DNA of 55,346 nucleotides from Malacoraja senta (lineage: Eukaryota). Below are positions 1-10,424 of the stretch, in pieces (within the stretch, counting starts at the first letter, position 1; every line of letters starts with the position of its first letter). A program made the translations under genes and the position numbers. A model generated the notes under the pieces. The model was not told the origin of the DNA, searched no databases, and saw only the letters and a list, made by a program, of their open reading frames with translations. The stretch spans positions 62,001 through 117,346 of the forward strand of contig JAXLNO010002087.1 of assembly GCA_038087875.1 (NCBI GenBank), read 5' to 3'.

Positions 1-42
1 GTTTGGTGGGGAATGGAATGAGATGAGTTAAGACAAGCTGAT

Positions 43-339
43 TTAAACTTTAGCGATATAGAGTGGAAACTGGCCTTTCAGCCCACCGAGACCACACCGA
101 CCAGCGATCACCCCGTACGCTAGCACTACCCTACGCACTAGGGACAATTTACAAATGTTCCAAAGCCAATTAACCTTGAAAACCTGCAGGTCTGTGGCGT
201 GTGGGAGGAAACCGGAGCACCCGGAGAAAACCCACGCTGTCACAGGAAGAAAGTACAGGCAGCATCCCCGGTCAGGATTGACCCAGGGTCTCTGGCGCTG
301 TAAGGCAGCAACTCCATCGCTGCGCCACCGTGCCGCCCA
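43..339 (-). mobile_element. tRNA-derived V-type SINE (HE1-like)
   Basis: Minus strand reads GGGCGGCACGGTGGCGCAGCGATGGAGTTGCTGCC (tRNA-like head), V-domain GGGTTTTCTCCGGGTGCTCCGGTTTCCTCCCACA and a (TAAA)n-like tail; many sister copies in window. Confidence 0.85.
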
Positions 340-449
340 AATAGTTGCACATCAGATTAGACAAGTTAGGAAGAAGAACGTGTCCAACATTGTAGATTCA
401 ATTGCGGAGTTCAATTACTTCAGGCATATATAAATGCTAGGCGCCGCTG

Positions 450-1617
450 TTATAACCATATAACCATATAACAATTCCAACAATTTTGGCTGTTGAGTAG
501 AACAACTACTCGTGAATAAAAAACTGCTGTGACAGTCCGGAGTCGCCTTCCAGAGGGTAGTGATTGAAATAGTTTGTGGCCAGGGTGAGAGGGGTCAGAG
601 ATGATCTTGCCCGCTCGCTTCCTGGCCCTTGCAGTGTACAGTTCATCAATGGAGGGAAGGTTGCAGCCAATAACCTTCTCTGATGATCGGACGATTCGCT
701 GCAGCCTCCAGGTGTCGTGCTTGGTGACTGAGCCAAACCAGACCATGATGGGGATGGTGAGAACAGACTCTACGATGGTCGTGTAGAATTGGACCATCAT
801 TGCCTGTGGCAGATTGTGTTTCCTCAGCTGCCGCAGGAAGTACATCATCTGTTGTGCCTGTTTGACTGTGGAGTCCATGGTAGCCCCCCACTTATGGTCC
901 TTGGAGATGATGGTTCCCAGGAACTTAAAAGATTCCACAGATGTGACTGTGGTGTTGTTGATGGTGAGTGGGGTGAGGGGAGGGGGAGCTCTCCTAAAGT
1001 CTACAATCAATTCCACTGTCTTAAGAGAATTGAGCTCCAGGTTGTTGCTACGGCACCAGGACGCCAGCTGTGACACTTGCTGTCTGTAGGCCGATTGCTC
1101 CCCATCCTGGATCAGTCCAATCAGGGTTGTGTTGTCCGCAAACTTGAGAAGCTTGACTGAAAGAGGTGAAGTCGTTGGTGTAGAGAGCGTAGAGGAGAGG
1201 AGAGAGTACGCAGCCTTGCGGTGCTCCTATGCTGAGTGTTACGGGTCCCAGATGTACTTTCCCAGCCAAAGTAAGTCAAATGGGCACTGGTGGGTGAAGA
1301 GTTGTAAACTAAGACCCTTGGACAGGTGAGTGGACAAGACAGGTTTAGAGGGGGCAATGGACACAAGTGTGTGGGCCTTTGGTACCTTCTCAAGATGGCG
1401 TCATGAACGGCGGGACCTTAACAAGATGGCCGCCGGCATCCGACCAATCAACGGCGCCGACCTCACATGTCCTCACCAGGATGGCCGCCACCAACCCCTC
1501 ACAAAGATGGCCGCCAGCATCCGACCAATCAGCGGCGCCGATCTCACCTGCCCTCACCACGATGGCCGCCGACATCCGACCAATCAACGGCGCCGACCTC
1601 ACCAAGATGGCCGCCAA
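450..1617 (-). mobile_element. Internally deleted non-autonomous Rex1/Babar-type LINE (5' region fused to C-terminal RT)
   Basis: ORFs 1048-1269 ([17 protein letters not shown]) and 450-1076 (LELNSLKTVELIVDFRR...DPSHPGHKLF..LPSGRR) are Rex1/Babar RT C-terminus; 5' part is shared with the copies at 10176 and 35662. Confidence 0.85.
1391..1617. repeat. Tandem array of 26-55 bp units each beginning CAAGATGGCCGCC, most with CCAATCA
   Basis: Units of 55, 26, 55 and 45 nt read directly from the sequence. Confidence 0.85.
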
Positions 1618-2239
1618 TGTTTGCTGGAGGTTCTACCTTGAGTGAAATTCAGAACTGAGGAGAAACTCATCAACCTCCACCATGATCTGATGCAATGAAT
1701 ATTAGTTTGATCTATCGGACCAACTACAGCATGAACAGGCAAGAATATTGATCGTTCCATTTATTACAAAACAACAGATTCTGTCATTTGCCATTATCAT
1801 AGACCTTTCAAACATCACACAGTCATCTGCTTGAATATGTGTTACTGGAAACTATTCTAACTTCAGTTGTAAATAGCATTAATTATACTTGTCTTTCTCC
1901 AGGCTGGTTAGCATTCTGCAAAAGATTTTCTCTTTACCTCACGAACGTGACACTGAACTAAACTGAATTGAACTGGAAGGGACGTGATTTATTCGTAGAG
2001 GTTGTGAAGGTCTTGGTGCAAACTGTGCTGTTTGATTTGGAGAAAACTGAAAGTTGCAGAAGAAATTGGATGATGATGAGGCTGGTGACTGGTGGGTTTA
2101 CCTTGTGTGAAACTCAGGAGATAATTGCACTCAATATTGGAATAACTGAGTAAATTCAGCATTTTCTTTCACATCTACTGGTTTGTGTTCTCCTCAACCC
2201 AAAACTCACATCGTTTTAAACAGCCAAACCACCCAAATC

Positions 2240-2510
2240 ACAGTGGCACAGATGTTAGAGCTGCTGCCTCACAGTGCCGGAGACCAGGGTTCAATCCTGA
2301 CCTCGGGTGCGCTCTGGGTGGAGATAGCACGCTCCCTGTGGCCACGAATGAGTGGGGATGTAGGTTACTGGACCTCCATAAATTGCCTGTAGTGTGTAGG
2401 GAGCGGACGGGAAAGTGCGCTAACAGAACGAGTGTGAACGGGTGATCAGAGGTCGGCACGGACAGAGGGCTGAACGGCAAATTTCCATGCTGTGTCTCAA
2501 AACTAAACTC
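2240..2510 (+). mobile_element. V-type SINE, degenerate
   Basis: GTGGCACAG..AGAGCTGCTGCCTCACAGTGCC head, AAACTAAAC tail. Confidence 0.8.
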
Positions 2511-2621
2511 AATCAGAACATCACTACAGATGCAAGAAGATTAACACATACTCATCATTACACAACAATAGATACTCTCATTCCCCAATGCCCTTGACAT
2601 TTGTTATCCTCCAATAACCTT

Positions 2622-3262
2622 TAGACAATAGACAATAGCTGCAAGAGTAGAGGCCATTCGGCCCTTCCAGCCAGCACCGCCATTCAATGTGATCATAGCT
2701 GATCATCCACAATCAGTACCCCGTTCCTGCCTTTTCCCCATATCCCCTGACTCTGCTATCTTTAAGAGCCCTATCCAGCTCTCTCTTGAAAGCATCTAGA
2801 GAACCTGCCTCCACCGCCCTCTGAGGCAGAGAATGCCACAGACTCACAACTCTCTATGAGAAAAAGTGTTTCCTGGTCTCTGTTCTAAATGGCTTACTCC
2901 TTATTCTTAAATTGTGGCCCCTGGTTCTGGACTCCCCCAACATCGGCAACATGTTTCCTGCCTCTAGCGTGTACATACCCTTAACAATCTTATATGTTTC
3001 AAAGACATGCCCTCTCATCCTTCTAAACTCCAGAGTGTACAAGCCCAGCCGCTCCATGCTCTCAGCATATGACAGTCCCGCCATCCCGGGAATTAACCTG
3101 GTGACCCTACGCTGAGCTCCCTCAATAGCAAGAATGTCCTTCCTCAAATTAGGGGACCAAAACTGCCCACAATACTCCAGGTGTGGTCTCACCAGGGCCC
3201 TGTACAACTGCAGAAGGACCTCTTTGCTCCTAGACTCAACTCCTCTTGTTATAAAGGCCATA
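2622..3262 (-). mobile_element. CR1 LINE 3' fragment
   Basis: ORF 2854-3261 LVRPHLEYCGQFWSP...FRRMRG..ETYKI; conserved CR1 3' UTR and (TCTATTG)n tail. Confidence 0.9.
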
Positions 3263-3700
3263 TAATTTAATTTTATTTATTAGTTGTGTACATTACAATA
3301 ATATATGCCAAAATAACATAATACATTTCCTGTACCACTTTATATATTAAACTTTGAAAAGAAAAAAAGTAAAGAGAATTAAATAAGATAGTAAGTGTGT
3401 GAAAGAGTGATCAAAAGAGACCCTTAGATATGAAAAGTTCGAAAAAGAGTTAAGAAACAAGCCATAGAAAAAGAAAAAGAGAAAAAGAAAACAGAAGATA
3501 TATTAAAAGTTTTTTAAAAAGAGCTAAAAGGGATAAACCAACTGTATTTTTCCTCCTCCCCTCACCAGGTCCTGAAACCATTTATTTTCAGAATTCTGTT
3601 GCACCTTATACTTGTAGTAAGTCGATAAATGTAGACCAAATCTTTTGGAAATGGTCTGGTTTGCCTGCTAGAAGGAATCTCGATATTCCACTCCTACAAC
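3263..3700 (-). mobile_element. L1/Tx1-type LINE 3' end
   Basis: Minus strand reads ...RFLLAGKPDHFQKIWSTFIDLLQV*, followed by a T-rich 3' UTR and A-rich tail. Confidence 0.6.
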
Positions 3701-3769
3701 CATTTATTAGACTGTACCAGTCTGTTCTGCTTTAGATTTTACAAGGACATAGAAACGTAATGAATAATG

Positions 3770-3990
3770 AAGAGAGACACAAAATGCTGGAGCAACTCAG
3801 AGAGACAGGCAGCATCTGGAGAGAAAGAATGGGTGATGTTTCGGGTCGAGACCCTTCTTCAGACCCAGACTTCTTTGACCCGAAATGTCACCCATTCCTT
3901 CTCTCCAGAGATGCTGCCTGCCCCGCCCAGTTACTTCCGCCCAGTTACTTTTGTGTCTATATTCGGTGTAAAGCAGCATCTACAGTTCCT
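3770..3990. mobile_element. Palindromic Penelope pseudo-LTR-derived element
   Basis: Inverted arms CACAAAATGCTGGAG...GACCCTTCTTCAGAC / GACCCGAAATGTCACCCATTCC...TTTTGTGTC, homologous to the ends of the Penelope element at 6099. Confidence 0.75.
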
Positions 3991-4879
3991 TCCAACATTA
4001 AACTTTATCAATGTATTTCTGTCTCCATTGTTTCCACGAGAAACTTAATGAAACTAAATTATCAGCATCTGCCATTTTACCCATTTGGGCTTTCTGGTCA
4101 ATCTAATGTATCCATGCTCATGTGGATTTTATTTTTCCCATTTCTCCGGCAATCCTCTGGGACTGATTGAGGATGTTCAACGTCCTCGCCATTCTGTTGC
4201 CCACTCGTCACCACTTCAAATGGTGACGTTTGTTTTACAGAAATGCAAGATGGTTATGTGGGTTATTCTCAGAGGCTGTGAAGGTCTTGGTGCACTCTGT
4301 GATGTTGAACTTGGAGAAAACTGCAAGATGCAGGAACTATTTGGATGCTAATGAAAATATTGGCTGCAGGTTCCTCCTTGAGTGAAATTAAAAGCTCGGG
4401 AGAAAATTGCATTCAATATTGTACTAAGTTTGAAAATAATGTATGATCCTGATTCTCAAATGCACCTCATTTGTAACCCCCTAAACCCACCGTGATCTGA
4501 TACATTTGGATATAGATTTAAACTGCTATAATTGTATATGGACATATAATGGTATAGGGACACACTGATCTGTTTTGTAGCCAATGCCTACTATGTTCTG
4601 TTGTGCTGAAGCAAAGCAAGAATGTCATTGTCCTATCAGGGACACATGCCAATAAACTCACTTGAACTTGAACTTGAGCTAAAGCTCTAACATAGCTGCA
4701 AGGCGTGAATATTGACCATGTTTCCTTCCTTACAAAACAGCAGATTCCCTCGTTTGCCATTATCTTAGACATTTGCCACCCACTAATAGCATTTAATATA
4801 AGGAGGTTCCACGTCTAAACTTATCCAATGTATTTGTGACCTCAGGAAATTCCCCATTTGTTTTGTCCAAATTTGCTTT

Positions 4880-5320
4880 TACAAGATTCAATTCAATTCA
4901 ACTTTATTGTCATTGCACAAATGCGAGTATAGGTACAACGAAATGCAGTTTAGCGTCTGGTCATAGTGCAAGAGAGTAGAAGTAAAAATAAAAATAGAAA
5001 ATAAGCATACAATAAAAATAAATTAAAATACTGGTTAACAATGTGTGGATTGTGGATGAATTAAAACTGATACATAGGCAAATAACTGTATACTAATGGG
5101 AGAGTCTAAAGATAGCTAGCGACGGGACTCTGAGTTCAGCAGTGTAATGGTGTTATTGAAAAAGCTGTTCCGCATCCTGCTTGTGCGAGACCTGAGGCTC
5201 CTGTACCGCCTCCCTGATGGGAGGAGGGCAAATAGTCCATGGTTAGGGTGAGAGGGGTCCTTGATGATTTTCCCGGCCCGTCTCAGACACCATTTTCGGT
5301 GGAGGGCTTCCAGGGCAGGG
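4880..5320 (-). mobile_element. Rex1/Babar 3' fragment
   Basis: RAGKIIKDPSHPNHGLFALLPSGRRYRSLRSRTSRMRNSFF in ORF 5116-5370. Confidence 0.8.
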
Positions 5321-5321
5321 A

Positions 5322-5520
5322 CAATTGGTGCAGGAGTCGGCCATTCAGCCCTTCGAGCCAGCACCGCCATTCATTCTGATCATGGCTGATCATGGCTGAT
5401 CATCCACAATCAGTAGCCTGTTCCTGCCTTCTCCCCATATCCCTTGATTCCGCTAGCCCCTAGAGCTCTATCTAACTCTCTTTGAAATTCATCCGGTGAA
5501 ATGGCATCTACTGTCTTCTG
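5322..5520 (-). mobile_element. CR1 3' tail fragment
   Basis: GGTGCAGGAGTCGGCCATTCAGCCCTTCGAGCCAGCACCGCC...GCTGATCATCC tail signature. Confidence 0.8.
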
Positions 5521-6098
5521 TGACTGAAATCCTAACGGGAATCCCAAAATTCCCAGCCGCTCCACACGGCTGACACATCTCATGGTCAAGTTGGTTTACA
5601 AACCAACTCTCCCGAGCAGTCTCCTGCTGTGGGGCTGTAACTTGTGCTCTGCAGACAGCACAGTTTGTTTACAAAACTATCCTTTTCAATTCAAAACTGA
5701 TTACTGCATGTAGCCTACATTTGAATTACATTTGAAGACTGGTTTTCATTTGTACTAATGCTTGCTTACCACATAATAACTTAAAGAATAACTTTGTCGA
5801 ACAGCCTCTAAAATGTGTCATTGCATTGAACTGGGACTGGAGTTGGGGCTGCAGAAAGGCAGGGAGCAGTACGGGGAGGAGTGGGGTTCAAGCATTGAAT
5901 GGTGGACCTCAGTCACCATGGCAATGAGTTCATGTGAGAAACTGAAGCATTTAACTATTGCAAAAGTATGTGGCTTTTATTTCCCTTAAAAATATATTGG
6001 ATAATATACCTGAAAGCATTATCTTTATTAATTTAAGTGTGTCCAACTGAGCTGCTCTGAGGCATGTTTTGGGGTCAGTGATATTCCAATGAGTTTGG

Positions 6099-9000
6099 AT
6101 AGAAGGTACACAAAAATGCTGGAGAAACTCAGCGGGTGCAGCAGCATCTATGGAGCGAAGGAAATAGGCAACGTTTCGGGCCGAAACCCTTCTTCAGACT
6201 GATGGGGGGTGGGGAGAAGAAAGGAAAAAAGGAAAAAGGCGGAGGAGGAGCCTGAGGGCTGGTGGAGGGGAGGAGACAACCAGAGGGATGACGAAGGGGA
6301 GGGGACAGCAAGGGCTAGCAGAATTGGGAGAATTCAATGTTCAAGCCCCCAGGATGTAGACTGCCCAAGCGGAATATGAGGTGCATTTCCTCCAATTTAC
6401 GGTGTTGCTCGCTGTGGCCATGGAGGAGCCCCAGGGCAGAGAGGTCAGATACGGAATGGGAGGGGGAGTTGAAGTGCTGAGCCACCGGGAGGTCAAGTTG
6501 GTTATTGCGGACCGACCGGAGGTGTTCAGCGAAACGATCGCCAAGCCTCCGCTTGGTCTCACCGATGTAGATCAGCTGGCATCTAGAGCAGCGGATGCAA
6601 TAGATGAGGTTGGAGGAGATGCAGGTGAACCTCTGTCGCACCTGGAACGACTGCTTGGGTCCTTGAATGGAGTCGAGGGGGGAGGTGAAGGGACAAGTGT
6701 TGCATCTCTTGCGGTTGCAAGGGAAAGTACCAGGGGAGGGGGTGGTACGGGAGGGAAGGGAAGAATTGACAAGGGAGTTACGGAGGGAGCGGTCTTTGCG
6801 GAAGGCAGACATGGGGGGAGATGGGAAGATGTGGCGAGTGGTGGGGTCACGTTGGAGGTGGCGAAACTGACGGAGGATCACTTGTTGTATGTGACGGCTG
6901 GTGGGGTGAAAGGTGAGGACTAGGGGGACTCTGCCCTTGTTGTGAGTGGGGGAATGGGGAGAGAGAGCAGTGTTGCGGGGTATGGCAGAGACCATGGTGC
7001 GAGCCTCATCTATGGTGGAGGAGGGGAACCCCCGTTCCCTGAAGAATGAGGACATTTCAGATGCCCTGGTGTGGAACGCCTCATCCTGGGAGCAGATGCG
7101 GCGTAGACGGAGGAATTGGGAGTGGGGGATGGAGTCCTTACAGGAAGCAGGGTGGGAAGAAGTGTAGTCCAGATAGCCATGGGAGTCGGTGCGTTTGTAG
7201 TGGATGTCGGTAAGGAGTCTATCACCTTCGATGGAGATAGTGAGGTCAAGGAATGGTAGGGAAGTGTCGTAAATGGTCCAGGTGTATTTGAGTGCCGGAT
7301 GGAAGTTGGTGGTGAAGCGGATGAAGTCAGTCAGTTGTGTGTGGGTGCAGGAGGTGGCACCAAAACAGTCATCGATGTAGCGGAGGTAGAGGTCGGGGAT
7401 GGGGCCCTGGTACGCATTGAACAAGGATTGTTCTACGTACCCGACAAAGAGGCAGGCGTAGCTGGGGCCCATGCGTGTGCCCATAGCTACGTCTTGTATT
7501 TGGAGGAAATGGGAGGAGTCAAATGAAAAGTTATTAAGGGTAAGGACCAGCTCCGCTAGGCGGAGGAGGGTGTCAGTGGCAGGGTATATGTTGCTTCTAC
7601 GGTCGAGGAAAAAACGGAGGGCTTCGAGACCATCCTGGTGGGGGATGGAGGTGTACAATGACTGGACGTCCATGGTGAAGATGAGGGGGTGAGGGCCTAG
7701 AGAGTGGAATGCGCGGAGATGACGGAGAGTGTCTGAGGTGTCTTGAACATAGGTAGGGAGGGATTTAACCAAGGGGGATAGGATGGAGTCGAGATAGGTG
7801 GAGATGAGTTCGGTGGGGCATGAACAGGCAGAGACAATGGGTCTACCGGGACAGTCAGGTTTGTGGATTTTGGGGAGAATGTAAAATCGGGCCGTGTGGG
7901 GCTGGGGAACGATGAGGTTGGAGGCTCGGTCGGGCAGGGCATGGGAGTGGATGAAGTCGGTGATGGTGCTGGAGATGGTGGCCTGGTGCTCGTCAGTGGG
8001 GTCATGGTCCAGGGGTAAGTAGGAGGAGGTGTCCGAGAGTTGGCGCGTGGCCTCAGCTTTGTAGAGATCGACGCGCCAGACTACCACGGCACCTCCCTTG
8101 TCGGCGGGTTTGATAACCCAATCTAGGTTGTTGCGGAGTGAGTCGATGGCAGTGCGTTCAGGGGGGGAGAGATTGGAGTGAGACAGGGGAGTGGAGAAGT
8201 TGAGGCGGTTGATGTCACGGCGGCAGTTTTGAACGAAGAGTTCTAAAGCCGGAACGCTACGAGGGGGGTTCCATGAGGATGGGGTGCGTTGGAGACGGGA
8301 AAAGGGGTCATCAGTGGGGAGCGAGTACTCCTTCCCATGGAAGTGAGCTGTGAGGCGGAGGCGACGGTAGAAGCGTTCCAAGTCATGGAGGGCGCGGAAC
8401 TCATTGAGATGGGGACGGAGGGGGACAAAGGTAAGACCTCTGCTGAGGACAGACCGTTCGATGTCGGAGAGGGGGAGGTCGGGGGGGATGGTGAACACCC
8501 GGCAGGGATGGGGGTTGGGGCCAGAGGAAGGCAGGTGGGTGGAATGGGGATGAGGCGATGTGTGGTGGGGGGGTGGTGGGTGGTCAGGGGGTGGGGGGGT
8601 GAGAGGGCAGTGGTGTGGGTGTGGAAGAGAAGTGGTCCCATAGTTGGAGAGGGATGGGGAAGAATCAGTGGAACTGCCACTGAGATAACCAGGGCTAGGC
8701 AGACTAGCGCTAGGACCCAGTGGAGTCAAACCCAGGAGAGTGGGAGTGAGCAGCGTGGAGGCTTCAGGCCCAGTACAGAGTCCAGTTTGCAGGTGAGGCG
8801 ACGGCTGCGGGCTGCTGGAGGGAGGTGCAGTGGCGAGGATCGGCGGACCCGATGGTCGGGGTCCTCGGGCAGTGGAGTCGGGGTCCACGGGCGATGCGTG
8901 GGAGGTCCCGGTGGGCGGATGGTCGGTGGGGCGGCGCGGTTCGACCAGCCCGGTGAGGCGACGGGGTGAGTAGGGTGCGGTGCGGCGGCCATGTTCAGGG

Positions 9001-10175
9001 AGCCCCGGTCCGGCGGTCGTGTAGAGTAGGTCCGGTCCGGCGGCGATGCTGGATGGGCCCGGTCCGGCGGCGATGTTGGGAGGACCGGGTGCGGCTGTGA
9101 TGTTCGGCGGGCCCAGTGCGACGGCGATGTTGGATGGGCCCGGTGCGGCGATGATGTTGGGCGGTCCCGGGGGGCGGCGAGATTCGGAGGAATCGGCGAG
9201 GGGAAGGAAGTCTGAGTTACCGTAGAAGCGGCGAGGCTGGGCGTCATCGGTAGGCAGGTGAAGGTCGGCGGCAGCATCGACGTGGAGGTCGGTGAAGGCG
9301 GCGTCCTGGTGAGTACTGGAGGCGCTCCCCGTGGACAAGATGGCGTCCTGGTGAGTAGTGGAGGCGCTCCTCGTGGACAAGATGGCGTCGCGGGTCTCGG
9401 GCAGGCAATGTAGGCCGGAGTTGGGGCCCGGAGCCTGCGGGCGGTCGAGTCGCGGAGAGTCGGCGGCGGGAGCGGCCTGGAGGCGGGCTAATTTAAGGTC
9501 CTTGGTGGAGTTGAGGTGGGCCAGGAATCTTTTATTGAAGAGGTGGATCTTCCGGCGGATAAAGTATAGTTGAGGACCGTTGCAGGTCTGGGTGAGTGCG
9601 GCCCGAAGTTCCGGGAGGGTCAATGCAAGGTCCTGCTGGTGTCGGCGCATCGCAGTCAGAGTGGATCTAAGTGCCCGGGTGGAGAATTGTTGGGTATGCC
9701 GGTAGATAGCCAGTCGGTACCGATAGTGCGGCAGGGGTCCGAACTGGGAAGTAGGGAACTGGAGCTGGAAGCCATGAGGTATGAGATGGAGGCGCAGGCA
9801 TGCCCCGAGGAAGCAGATGTGGCTGTGGTATCGAGTTTGGGTAAGGATGTGGTCGTAGAGTTGGAGGGCAGGGGGGATCACAGAGATGGGGCAGTTAGAG
9901 AGTTGGTTGTGGAACAGTCTCCAGAGAGAGGAGGAGAACTTCTTCAGAGTAGGCATACCTTGACGAGATTTCGCAGTGGAGTAGACAAAGTGTTAAAGAA
10001 GGAACTGCAGATGCTGGAAAATCGAAGGTACACAAAAATGCTGGAGAAACTCAGCGGGTGCAGCAGCATCTATGGAGCGAAGGAAATAGGTAACGTTTCG
10101 GGCCGAAACGTTACCTATTTCCTTCGCTCCATAGATGCTGCTGCACCCGCTGAGTTTCTCCAGCATTTTTGTTTA
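6099..10175 (-). mobile_element. Penelope-like element (probably Neptune clade) with direct 3' pLTR and inverted 5' pLTR
   Basis: pLTR at ~6099-6200, same repeat as a hairpin at ~10014-10175 centred on GTAACGTTTCGGGCCGAAACGTTAC; long ORF between. Confidence 0.92.
6315..9956 (-). CDS. Penelope-like retroelement polyprotein: RT plus GIY-YIG endonuclease, 1213 aa
   Basis: IKPADKGGAVVV, PGRPIVS, FTMDVQSLYTSI, AMGTRMGPSYA, YLRYIDD, Cys linker CNRKRCNTC, LIYIGETKRRLGDRFAEH; no stop or frameshift. Confidence 0.93.
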   Translation of the reverse strand: MPTLKKFSSSLWRLFHNQLSNCPISVIPPALQLYDHILTQTRYHSHICFLGACLRLHLIPHGFQLQFPTSQFGPLPHYRYRLAIYRHTQQFSTRALRSTLTAMRRHQQDLALTLPELRAALTQTCNGPQLYFIRRKIHLFNKRFLAHLNSTKDLKLARLQAAPAADSPRLDRPQAPGPNSGLHCLPETRDAILSTRSASTTHQDAILSTGSASSTHQDAAFTDLHVDAAADLHLPTDDAQPRRFYGNSDFLPLADSSESRRPPGPPNIIAAPGPSNIAVALGPPNITAAPGPPNIAAGPGPSSIAAGPDLLYTTAGPGLPEHGRRTAPYSPRRLTGLVEPRRPTDHPPTGTSHASPVDPDSTARGPRPSGPPILATAPPSSSPQPSPHLQTGLCTGPEASTLLTPTLLGLTPLGPSASLPSPGYLSGSSTDSSPSLSNYGTTSLPHPHHCPLTPPPPDHPPPPHHTSPHPHSTHLPSSGPNPHPCRVFTIPPDLPLSDIERSVLSRGLTFVPLRPHLNEFRALHDLERFYRRLRLTAHFHGKEYSLPTDDPFSRLQRTPSSWNPPRSVPALELFVQNCRRDINRLNFSTPLSHSNLSPPERTAIDSLRNNLDWVIKPADKGGAVVVWRVDLYKAEATRQLSDTSSYLPLDHDPTDEHQATISSTITDFIHSHALPDRASNLIVPQPHTARFYILPKIHKPDCPGRPIVSACSCPTELISTYLDSILSPLVKSLPTYVQDTSDTLRHLRAFHSLGPHPLIFTMDVQSLYTSIPHQDGLEALRFFLDRRSNIYPATDTLLRLAELVLTLNNFSFDSSHFLQIQDVAMGTRMGPSYACLFVGYVEQSLFNAYQGPIPDLYLRYIDDCFGATSCTHTQLTDFIRFTTNFHPALKYTWTIYDTSLPFLDLTISIEGDRLLTDIHYKRTDSHGYLDYTSSHPASCKDSIPHSQFLRLRRICSQDEAFHTRASEMSSFFRERGFPSSTIDEARTMVSAIPRNTALSPHSPTHNKGRVPLVLTFHPTSRHIQQVILRQFRHLQRDPTTRHIFPSPPMSAFRKDRSLRNSLVNSSLPSRTTPSPGTFPCNRKRCNTCPFTSPLDSIQGPKQSFQVRQRFTCISSNLIYCIRCSRCQLIYIGETKRRLGDRFAEHLRSVRNNQLDLPVAQHFNSPSHSVSDLSALGLLHGHSEQHRKLEEMHLIFRLGSLHPGGLNIEFSQFC

Positions 10176-10424
10176 CATAAGGTGTTTTATCTCAGGACGC
10201 TGCTCCAGACGGTGAGTTTATATCATTTACCCCAGTTTTATTCCCCCAGACGTGTAGTTTATGTGGAGATTGACCTCAGCTCTCTCTCACCCAGATTTAC
10301 CGGGTTTATTCATTTCGCTGCTGATTTATTTATTTATAATGTTATTGACCCGAGTGAATAAGAGGGTGAGGCTGGTTTATTTATTTATAACGAGTTTGAC
10401 CCCAGTTTTCCCCACATACACACA

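Larger units (their letters stand above)
1620..4800. repeat. Three degenerate tandem copies of a ~0.6-0.7 kb non-TE unit, broken up by TE insertions
   Basis: 1735-1810 ~ 2530-2610 ~ 4700-4775; 1625-1665 ~ 2100-2140 ~ 4365-4425; 1990-2055 ~ 4270-4335 (GTGAAGGTCTTGGTGCA identical). Confidence 0.7.

Noticed and set aside
43-339. tRNA genes
   Set aside because: The tRNA-like heads belong to SINEs; no full cloverleaf with an acceptor stem was found
6341-10361. Many overlapping ORFs (6381-6923, 8289-8969, 9570-10361 and others)
   Set aside because: Antisense or alternative-frame shadows of the GC-rich Penelope ORF, with no independent motifs
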